From positions 25,980,001 to 26,044,000 of the forward strand of contig NC_045696.1 of the NCBI RefSeq assembly GCF_009834535.1: DNA of 64,000 nucleotides, in the 5' to 3' direction. Under the pieces are notes generated by a model. The model was not told where the DNA came from. It did not search any database and saw only the letters and a program-made list of their open reading frames with translations. A program made the translations under genes and the position numbers. Below are positions 51,820 to 62,504 of this stretch, one piece after another (positions within the stretch are counted from its first letter, which is position 1; each line of letters begins with the position of its first letter). Source of the DNA: Camelus ferus. Lineage: Eukaryota.

Positions 51820-52560
51820 CATCAGTTACATCCTTGCTGTTAACCCTCTGCATATTTTTCAGTCTTTATTTCACTTCTCAGAAGCATTTGATATTGTTAA
51901 CTGTTTCCCTTTTCCCTTTCTTTCTTTGCCTTCCATGCTTTCTGTGCCTTCCATGACCTAGCATTTCCTTTTTTTTTTTTTAACCTTTTTGACCTCTCCT
52001 TCATTGTCTCTTTACAGCTTATTCCTGTCCAGCTCAATTTATTTAGAGCCCTCTCCTCTTCTTTCTCTAGGACCTCTCATCTGATTGTTAACTGCGTTTA
52101 TTGCCACTCTTTCTACATAACATGCAAGTTTCTATCTTCAATCTATATATTCCTTCTGAGCTCTACCCATATAACCCAATTGCTTACTTGAATCTCCTTT
52201 TCTCTGTCTCAAAGGTTCTTCAACTCAGCATCTCCCAAACTGAACCTACAACTTTCCTGTGCACACGGCACTATTCTCTTCCTCCTTTCATATCCAAGGA
52301 TGGATACAGCTATTACTTTTTAGATATATCTTCAGTTGGTCTCTTTTATTGCTGCCCTACCTATATCATGCTAGTCTTGCAATCATCATTTCTCACCTCA
52401 ACTACTAAATGACTCACCTGCGTCCACCTAGACTGTGTTTCATTCTATTTTCCATATTTTAGCCAGAGTCATTTTAAAGTACCAATCTCACCATGTCACC
52501 CATATCAAATATAGTTTCTGTATGTTTAAAATCAAGACATATCTCCTACAAGTGCCAGTT
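51820..52560 (+). mobile_element. L2 LINE fragment
   Basis: 'ctctcctcttctttctcta', 'acccaattgcttacttgaatctcc', 'ttcaactcagcatctcccaaactgaac', 'tagccagagtcattttaaa'. Confidence 0.65.
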
Positions 52561-53204
52561 TGCTAAAATATTTGAGTAACTCTAGTAGCAAGTGAAACAT
52601 CCCCTCCTCAGTATCATTTTAGCGCAATTTTCATCTCAATCACCATTTTTCACCTAAGACCATAAATAGGAGTCATGACCTTGAAAACATAAAGAATAAA
52701 TAATATAGAATGAAAATCTTCAAGGTTTTCTTCTTAGTTTTCTCCTCCAGTATTGTCATAAATTGCATGTCTTTCTGGATTAGTTGAGAAAGTAGGGGTA
52801 GGCTCCACTTTGGAAGGAGTCGGGGAGGGTTGATGTAGGCTGGAAGATGTGTTGGAAATGCAGTCAGAGCTGATGTATTTGAGATCATGTTAAATAATGT
52901 AAGATTGTCTCTTCATGTATAGAAATAATTTTGCATATTTTCCACAGTTAAGTTGATGTAAATTTGATTGACGGAAATTGATATCAGTTGCCAGTTTAGT
53001 TGAACTTTAAATGTCAGCTGGTTTTTCATTCACTGCCTTGTTGAGTTGTGAATGTACTGATGTACCTATGACATTGGGAACTTGTAATTAGTTCAGTTGA
53101 TTTAAATTTTCACACATATCAACCATTAGAAATTCACTGGAAAGAACATTTTCCTATGTGTTGCAGGTTGATGTGAGAAACTATAACAAATTTTTTCAAG
53201 GATT

Positions 53205-53410
53205 TCAGTCATGCTTATACAATAAATTCTTAGCATTACTGAGCTCCTGTAATATTGCAGGCTTTTTATTTTGTAACCCCTCATTTAATCCTCACAAATC
53301 TGTGCTGGTGTTTAGTATTCCTTTTTATTGATTCATTAGAATTTATAAAGATTAAGCTAAACAATGAGTAAAAACTCTAGGATTTGAATAGGGTATTTCT
53401 GTCTCTAATA
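53205..53410 (-). mobile_element. MIR fragment
   Basis: 'cattactgagctcctg...ctcatttaatcctcacaa...taggatttgaa'. Confidence 0.5.
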
Positions 53411-53424
53411 TCTTTCCCCATCTA

Positions 53425-53515
53425 CTTAACCAGAAACTCTGGGATGGAGCCCAGCAATCGATGTTTTAATAAGCCCTCTTGATGATTCTGATGCACAATG
53501 AATACTAAAAACTAT
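53425..53515. mobile_element. MER5A-like half element
   Basis: 'cagaaactctgggatggagcccagcaatcgatgttttaataagccctc..gatgattctgatgcac'. Confidence 0.75.
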
Positions 53516-55732
53516 GTTGTTATAACTCTCATAATCCGTAGATACGATGATCACTCAATGCCTCTCTTATTCTTCTTTGACTCACTTATTTCTGGTCACT
53601 AAAACAGAATAAGCAAATAATTCAGTGCTTTGTCCCAAGTTACTAAGTAAGAGATAACAGACTTAACAATTAGCATCTCCGATTAAATTTAGGATATAAT
53701 TAAAAGGTTCAAATGTCTAAAAAATAATTGAATGTTCTTGCTGTAAACTATATTTAACTTCACTGTCGTGTGCTAAAAGTTTTATTTTATTTCATTGTAG
53801 AAGCTTAATGACTCTCCAATTCCCATATAGAACTGCAAAGAAAGAAACTTAGAACAAGTTTATACCTGGAGGAGAATTCTCTTGCTTCCTGTGTGGGAGC
53901 AAAGCAGTTCTTTTTACACTTTTGCTTTACTGCCATTGAAAAGGATGAGGTACCCTGAAGGCTATTGGAGTCCAAGGAGTGGAGACTTGTTAGCAATTGC
54001 ATTCCCTGGTTTTTGGCTGATTGTGAGTTGATTTGAACCTTCTTGCTTCACTATATTATAGTTTGAGGGGAACTGTTACTTATGAGGAAGTGCATTCTGT
54101 GTTCTAAAACCAATTCTGAATGAGTTTTGGGGACACAGTTTGTTTCTACATTAGAGATTAACTTGATTCTGGGGAATAAACATTGCTACTTAGATATTAA
54201 GTTTCAATGAGTACATGTTTACTAAAATTCTTATGGGAGTTGTGGGAGTGAGACAGTAATAGTACACAGAGGAAATCCTGAAATATAACCCTGATTGGCC
54301 TTGCCTTTAGCCAATACTTCATAATTCAGTTGCTTGATATTTAAAAAGGTAAGGGAAACATATGAAATACAACTCAAAATTCATATATAAAATTAATCTG
54401 ATTAAAGTTGCCTAGCCTGTAAATACAGTCACTGAAAGTATACTTATGTGTTATTCTCCTGTAGACTGATCCAGGGTTGAAAAAGGTTAACAGTGAAAAC
54501 TTTGAAAAAGATTTAAGTTGGCAATGTACAGTGTATGAATTAGACACATGCCAGGATGCGTAACCCCTTGTTTCAATATTGGGTAGAGTTTGTTGATAAC
54601 CAGAAATGGTTACTGGAACTTTTCTCTGTGGTCTATCCAGCCTACATGGGAATGGTCCCTGCTATTGATATTTGAAGACTATTACTTGCTCTTAAACAGC
54701 CACGATTTAGAGAGCTACCACTTAGATACTAATGTAGCTCAGCATGTGAGAAACAGAGGGCTCTCACCATATGAGATAAGTTAATATATGTAATTGGGGA
54801 TACTGCATGTTGAATTCTTTGGAGGAAAAGTAGTTTACAAATTGAATACCTTAATAATGAACATCATTACTAGTTTACCGATGACATAAAGAAAAGGGCC
54901 AAGGGATAAAATGCATCTCTATCCTTTGCAACTCAAAAGATGTTTTCATATTTAGATAATAAATAATTGTAGCAGGTAGTAGTTTGTAACTAGAAGTATG
55001 TGCTAAGAGAGTCCCCTAGAAGAGTTTGTCTTCTGACATGCTGAATTGCCCCAGGGTTGGTGGCAGCTTAATAAAATATGTGAGTGTTCAGTATGGAGCT
55101 GTTGAGTTATTTATTTCTCTTCTGATACTGCATGCATGAACTGCCACTGTTTGATGAATCACTGAAGAGAATGGGAACTGACAAACAACTCTTCCTTTAG
55201 CGGCTGGTCACACTGACAGCATCAATAGAAAAACACATCATGGGTTCTAAAATGCCACATTTTCACCATTTACCCTGAATAAGACATGAAGCTCTTTAAG
55301 GAAAGCAGTAGTACGTTATCATTAAGGGCCAGCTGACAGAGAGGAGAGTGTGCTTTGAACTCTCTCAAGTCATCATTCTTAATTTCTTCTCTCCTCAAAT
55401 GGAAGGCCCACCCACATGGGCTCTGAGCAAGCCAGGGGCTGTTGCACCTTTTAAAATTTCATTGATAGATTGGTTTCATCAACACCCATCCTGGCTCCTG
55501 TCCATGGGGAGAGGCTCCTGTACTCATTAGGGTCCTGTACTTCTGCGGCTAGCATTGTTCTCATGCAAATAGAATGACCCAGAAGATAAGTGCCTTGAAA
55601 ATTCAATTTCCCCCGACCATCATTACCCTTTTTTTTAGTTATTCCCACTTGAATCTGCAGGAGGTAATGTGTGCAATCTGCTGGTACTTCTGCGAGATGA
55701 TTATTGCGTTTTAGTAATGAATTTCCCAGCTA

Positions 55733-55750
55733 TTGCACTAGGGGGTGTTT
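55733..55750 (+). promoter_or_regulatory. CTCF-like motif
   Basis: TTGCACTAGGGGGTGTTT compared with the core CCACTAGGGGGCG; lies in unique CpG-containing sequence. Confidence 0.35.
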
Positions 55751-57287
55751 TAGCGGGCTCCTTCGTTTTCCTAGTACAGACGTGGCAGCAATCCCCGCAC
55801 ATTTCTTCCCTAGTGGGTTTTCACTGTGGTGAATGTCTGGTTCATAGAACTTGTACCCAGTACTTTCCTTTCTTTAGTCATCAGTGGCACCTGTAAAGTA
55901 GAGTAGGTGATTTGTTTTATATTGTCTGGAAAAGAAAAATAAAATGTCTACCTGTCCAAATCAAAGGATAACCTCCTGTCAAAAGATGCACAGTAATATT
56001 TCTCTGTATTCTGTGACCAAACTTGAATATTTTAATAAGAATGTAATATTCAAGGTGGTTCATATAAATATATGAAATCATTAAAGTATGTAAGTTAAAT
56101 TAATTGTTTTAGAACTATGGAAAATTCATACTTGGGCTCAGCTGAAAACAGAGAACCGATGGGGTACAGATCAATTTCCCATAATTAATTCTGTCCTGTG
56201 TATTTTAAGTTTCTCCAGTGATGGAATTAAGTATGCAAACATTTTATTGCCAGTGATACATCATGTTATAGCAATTCTTTGCTTGTTCTGAAATTATCCC
56301 CCTACTCTTCGTTAGTCTGGGAGCTAGCTGTAAGAACAAAAGAAGAGAGAGAGAATCAAGAGGAAAATGTAGGTTTACCAGAGATAACAGATTTGTGCAT
56401 GTGTATGTTTACCTCAGACATAAAACGTGAATTATACTCTCATTTATTTATTTATTTACATTTTTTTATTGAGTAATAGTCATTTTACAATGTTATGTCA
56501 AATTCCAGTGTAGAGCACAATTTTTCAGTTATACATGAACATACATATATTTCATTGTTACTTTTTTTTTCACTGTGAGCTACCACAAGATCTTGTGTAT
56601 ATTTCCATGTGCTATACAGTATAATCTTGTCTATCTATTCTACATTTTAAAATCCCAGTCTGTCCCTCCCCACCCCCCGCCCCCTTGGCAACCACAAGTT
56701 TGTATTCTATGTCTGTGAGTCTGTTTCTGTTTTGTATTTTTGTTTTGTTTTGTTTTTTTAGATTCCACATATGAGTGATCTCATATGGCATTTTTTTCTC
56801 TTTCTGGCTTACTTCACTTAGAATGACATTCTCCAGGAACATCCATGTTGCTGCAAATGGCGTTATGTTGTCGGTTTTTATGGCTGAATAGTATTCCATT
56901 GTATAAATATACCACTTCATCTTTATCTAGTCATCTGTCGATGGACATTTAGGCTGTTTCCATGTTTCCGTTCTTGGCTATTGTAAATAGTGTTGCTATG
57001 AACATTGAACATGAACACTGGGGTGCAGGTGTCATTTTGAAGTAGGGTTCCTTCTGGATGTGTGCCCAGGAGCGGGATTCCTGGGTCATAGGGTAAGTCT
57101 ATTCCTAGTCTTTTGAGGAATCTCCATACTGTTTTCCACAGTGGCTTTCCTTGCTTCCCTCTCCCACTCTAAATAATTTAGACGTCTTCTTTTACAACAT
57201 TGTGTTTATTTTATTTGTAATTCATGGTAGTTACCACCTTTCCAGTTATGAGTTTCTCATTTTTGTAGCATCTAGCTTCTTTTCTAT

Positions 57288-58187
57288 TTAGAGTAGACCT
57301 GTGAATATTTCTTTTAGCATGGGTTTAGTGTTGCTAAACTCTTTCAGTTTTTGCTTGTCTGTGAAGTTCTTTATCTCTCCTATTCTAAAGGATAGCCTTG
57401 CTGGATAGAGTATCCTAGGCTGCATCTTTTTTTCCTTCAGGACTTTGAATATATCTTGCCACTCCCTTCTGGCCTGTAGTGTTTGTGTAGAGAAGTCAGC
57501 TAAGAGCCTTATGGGGGTTCCCTTGTAACTCACTCTTTGTTTTTCTCTTGCTGCCTTTAGGATCATTTCTTTATCCTTGACTCTGGCCGTCTTGATTATG
57601 GTATGTCTTGGTGTGGGTCTGTTTGGGTCCTTCCTGTTTGGGACCCTCTGAGCCTCCTGTACTTGGATATCTGTTTCCTTCTTTAGGTTTGGGAAGTTTT
57701 CAGTCATGATTTCTTCAAAAACCTTTTCAATCCCCTTTGTTCTTTCTTCCCCTTCTGGAACCCCTATTATGTGTAGATTGGCACACTTTATATTATCCCA
57801 TAGGTCCCTTATATTGTTTTCATTGTTTTTTATTTGTTTTTCTCTCAGCTGTTCTGATTGGGTGCTTTCTGTTGTTCTCTCTTCTAGGTCACCTATTTGT
57901 TTCTCTGCATTATCTAGCCTGCTTTGTACAGCCTTTAGATCAGCTCTCATCTCAGCAAATGAGTTTACCAATTCTACTTGGCTCTTTTATATAGCTTCAA
58001 TTTCATTTTCGACATATTTTATATCTCTAAACACTATTTCTTTTAGTTCCTTCAGTACTTTGATCACTCCTTTTTTGAAATCTTGATCTAGTAGGCCATC
58101 AGTGTCTATTTCCTTGATTGGGCTTTCAGGGGATTTTTCTTGATTTTTTAATTGGGAGTGGTTCCTCTGCTTCTTCATATTGCTCAT
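57288..58187 (-). pseudogene. L1 ORF1p (299 codons) with one in-frame stop
   Basis: The two ORF-track pieces are in the same frame, separated by TAA at 57989-57987 (IEAI*KSQVELVNSF). Coiled-coil heptads, NLHIIGVPE, ENFPNL, RPTPRH, ARREW and YPARLSF are ORF1p motifs. Confidence 0.95.
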
Positions 58188-59314
58188 ATCTCTCTGGCAC
58201 TGTGGCTTATGGAGTATCAGTTATCAATTGTGTTCCTTAAGGAGTTTATTTATTTATCTATCTAAAGCCTATACAGGAATAAAACCTGTGGGTGGGCGGG
58301 TCACACCCCCTCCCAGCACCGCGGTCAGGTGCTGCGTTCTTGCCAGGAAGGTGGGTGGCCGCCCACCCTCTCCAGGTGCCAGTAGCTCTCCTGCTCTGTG
58401 CAGCTGCCCACTCTGACTTGGGTCAGTGCTCCCAAGGTGGGCTCTGGGAAGACCGGGGAACTGCCCTACCCCTGCTCCATGCCAAATCTCAGCTCCTTGT
58501 TTGTCTTGGTGGCATGAGTTCTCTGAGGTGCCAGGGCAGAAAGAACCTATCTGCCTTGGGCTGTAAACAAGTCTCAGTCTTGCCTTGGAGGTTGCTGAGC
58601 CACTGCTTTGCGGATTCAGGTCTCGGCCCCGCCCCCGCTGGGGCGCTGCACACAGGATGAGATGGCGGCTGTGGCAGCGCCCCGCCTCTCTTCTTGCGGG
58701 AAGCGCCAATAATGGTGGCGCGGGTCTGAGGAGACAAAGGCTATGGTGCCCCTCCCCCCAGGGCACACCAGCCGTGTTGATTTGCTTTTTTTGCAATTTA
58801 TGGGGGACTGAGGTTGTTCTGCTCTGTATCTCCTCCCAGCCATGGCACGCAGCACCCTGCTGCCCCAGTCCTCTGCCCAGCTCAGGCAGCCTGTCCCCTG
58901 CTCCCGGCTGCCGACTCGTGTCTCGGGCTGGGTGTCGCAGGGACCCTCTGTGCCCGTTTAACTTAGTTCTGTCAGTCCAGGGGTGCTCGGGGAAGATCCG
59001 AGCCTCAGAGGCTCCCCCTCTGTCCCGTTGGCCTCTCCGTTGGAGGTGGGAGACCCAGCAAACGAGCGTTAGTCCTCCTTTGCCACTCCCTCCCCGTGGG
59101 ACCTGTCCCCCACTGTTTTGATTTTTCTATTTTCTTTTTTCCTTTTCTCCTACCAGATTTTTGTCGTCTTTGTCTTTCGAAGAGGCCAGTGTTCTGTCAG
59201 AGTTCAGCAGGTGCTCTGGTTGGCTGAGTGGGTCCATAGATGTGAGTTTTGGTGTATTTGTGGGAGAGGGTGAGCTACGAGCATCCTTCTACTCTGCCAT
59301 CTTGATTCTCTCTC
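58188..59314 (-). promoter_or_regulatory. L1 5' UTR internal promoter region (GC/CpG-rich)
   Basis: The only strongly GC-rich stretch in the window. AAGATGGC YY1-like motif at the element start; GC-box 'ccccgccccc' near 58627. Confidence 0.75.
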
Positions 59315-62300
59315 TGAATTATACTCTCTCTGATGCTTATTATCTTAATAGTAATTGTAGAAGACAAGTATACAATACACATTTTTCAGTGTCTTTTATA
59401 GAAAACTATTTATTTCCTAAGTAGAGATGAGTTTTCCCAGAGATTAGAAAAAACCCTTTATATATGGTAACCTTTTATGTATGAAAGAGACTAAAAGTTT
59501 CAAAAATTTTAACATTTAGTTGAAAAAAAAATGATTGTCTATAAACTTGTCTTAGAAAATACTTTTTTTTCCTATAACCTATGTGAAGCTACTTTTGTAG
59601 AGTAAATGGATTAATGCTATTCTATTTACATCATCTTAAGTTGTTTTCACTGGAGTAATGCACTGGATACATTAGCCAAGAGTTTCATTACTGAAATACA
59701 CTCATTTAACAGTGTGTCTCCAAAAGGTAATGTTGATACAATGGGAAAAAAAGCAGTCAGGTTATTTCTTTACCTAAATTATTTCATTTGATAAACTGAT
59801 ATATGTAATATAGTCCAGTAGTTAGCATGAAACTGTTCAAAATAACTATGGGTCATACCATGCAGTTTAGATGTGAACAGTTGCCAATAAGAGGTACAGA
59901 AAATTACATTTGAACTACGGTTTTTTTTACTGCTACTTCAGGTTAGAAACTGAGCATATAATTACTGCATTCTTGGCATATAATTACACAGGAGTTACAG
60001 ACTGACCTAGGGATATACTGATACTGTAATTTTAAACTAATAAGTAGACCTTGATTGTGAAATTGTGTTTTGATTTTAAACGGATTGTATTGTGAGTTTG
60101 GAATAATTTATTACTGTGATAACTTCCCCAATTTTCTATGGAATTAGAATATGTAAAGTGTTATTAAAGCATCCTTTATGACTGAATGGTTAACTGGCTC
60201 CACAGATAGGTGAAAGGAGTACTCCAGTGGGTTGGAAGAAGCTGCTAATTACAACCGTCCCTCCCTGTAAGCTTCATGGCCTGTGCTTTTCAGAAAGAGG
60301 GAGCCAGTGGAGCATGACTGCCTAGGGCATGTTGGTCCCAGAGGGTTTTAGTTGTTTGTTTAGGTGTTGAGAAAAACACATTATGACCATAATAATAATT
60401 ATGTATTTGGAATTGGATTTTTGCGTCTACAATATGAAGTTCCATCTTCCATAAAATGCAACCTCAGCACCATTTTTATGATGCTTAATTTGCATAAGGA
60501 GCCAAGGCTATTTAAATATAGGCTTCATTTGATCCTGGTGCTTCATTTGACTATTGTTAATTTACTATATAGTATTGTACATTCATGGTGACCACTCCTC
60601 AAACAACATTTCAACCCTTAGTAAGGACAAATGTGTGCACAAAACCTTTAGTTGATGTAAAAATAAGGTAAAAGATTGTAAAGTATTTTCTATTTCAGAG
60701 TAATATGTCACCTTCTTATACTTTTGCATAACATGGAAAAAGCAGAGTGGTTGAACTTGGATTGCTTAGAGAATAATTTTATAGCAATTTGCTTTTATTT
60801 TCTGAAATATCGCCCAAAGATATTCCATTTTTGGCTCTTCTTAAGAAATCAGATTTAGAAATTACAAATTCAATTTGAAAATTACTAAGTTAGCTTTCAA
60901 TGACTTCCATGTATTTACTGAAAATATATTTTCTTCTCCTTGTCCTTCTTTTCATTCAGTTCCCTTATTCTGTTCTACCTCCTTTCTATTCTTTCTTGCC
61001 CCGTTCTCTGCTGTCATGTTTCCTAACTGAAACATATAATTTCCTTTATGGACAAGAATATTCTATATTCTGTATCATTGTCAAATTAGTGGCTTTGTCC
61101 AAATTATATACAAAGCCACGGTTTGAATATAATGCTGGATTAGGACTTCTCTACTGCAAATTCAGTAATACCAATAAAACATTTTAAAAATAATCTCTTT
61201 CCAAGGAAAATATAGCTATAATTCATCTCTTATCAGATTCAATGTGTAAAAACTTGAGATTTAACTCACCAAGTTTTAAACTGGAACATTTGCAAGCTTT
61301 CTTAAGTCATAGCTCTCCCATGTTAAAAACATAGGGCATATAGCAGAAAGCATACTCTGTGAAGCGTAATAGCTGAAAAAGAAAAAAATAAAACGGCTTA
61401 AGAATAAATACCACTTCCATACGAGTAACAACAACACAAAATGAATTTGTACTATATGTGTTTTTATAGTTTAAGGTTTGAAATTGTTGGATGCTTTACA
61501 TATGTAATTATGATTGGAAGATGAATATTAAAATAATACAAGGCTTAACAAATATTGACCTTACACTTTTAGGTATCTCCATTAAATGCCTGAGTATAAA
61601 AGTATTGTGTTAATAAAGAGCTACCATTGTCTTCTGCATTTAATTAAAATAACTTTCGAGCAGATAAGCAACAGTGTTTCCATAGGCAAGATCCAAGAAG
61701 TACCATGTTACATGCCACGTTTAGTGTCTTAATGAATTCTTGAAACATTGCTAGTGCAAACAGTATACACCTGCCTGTGTCACTCTGATTATAAGTTGTA
61801 TGGCTTAGACTTTTAAAACAATCTCCCTCCTATATGAATTAAATAACTTACCTTTTATAAAAGATATGCATTTCCCCTTTCCTCTAATAAGCCTGCAAAG
61901 GAGTTAAAACATTTGACCAGAAGAGGATATGGTGGTATTGGGAGGGCTGATGGGATTGGAAATAGAGGTGGAAGATACTTAAAATTCTCCAGTTAAGGAT
62001 TTAAGATTACTTTGGAAATTTCAGTAAAGTTGGTGTTACGCATTTTGCTTCTTTTGAATCTATACAAAGTTTTTACATTTTCCAATGTCAATGGTATCTA
62101 CTAGCTTTAACATAATTAAAATATTCTTCTTGCTGTCTAGACATGCTATGGGAATAAAGAACCCATCCATAGGTATTACAAATTTGATTTTACATTATAT
62201 ACATTTTTCACAAATATCTATGAGTTAATCTGTGCTCTGAGGCAGGTGTCTAGCTGATTCTGATAATAATCTTGCTACTCATGAAATAGTTAACCTATAA

Positions 62301-62504
62301 AGATTCCAGTGATCCAGTGACATACATTGTATTCTAGGTCATTAATTTCACAATGCTGTACATTTAAAAACTCCTTAATCATAAAGGCCAGCTCTACTTG
62401 CAGACGTCTTTTTAGGGTCCTCCTGCTATTTTCTTTCAGAGCATCCTTTCATTTCACGTAATAGTACTTGCCATAATTTGAAATCATATCTGCATGTTCA
62501 TTTC

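Larger units (their letters stand above)
56442..59314 (-). mobile_element. Young LINE-1 with complete 5' UTR, ORF1 and 3' end but lacking most of ORF2 (half-L1-like), 14-bp TSD
   Basis: 5' start 'gagagagaatcaagatggcagagtagaagg', GC-rich UTR 58188-59314, ORF1 58187-57288, junction at ~57145 into the last ~120 codons of ORF2, 3' UTR and (TAAA)n tail. Exact TSD TGAATTATACTCTC at 56428-56441 and 59315-59328. Confidence 0.96.

Noticed and set aside
58269..59121. Long ORFs in the L1 5' UTR (175 aa on -, 178 aa on +), possible ORF0 analogue
   Set aside because: GC-rich sequence gives overlapping long ORFs in several frames, the 178-aa ORF starts at TTG, and there is no second copy here to test conservation.
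61676..61692. RFX X-box-like GTTTCCATAGGCAAG (similar at ~41635)
   Set aside because: Imperfect, isolated matches with no other support.
44818..61853. Isolated consensus minus-strand donors at ~44818 and ~61847
   Set aside because: By a rough composition estimate about four such 7-mers per strand are expected by chance, and no supporting acceptor or promoter was seen.
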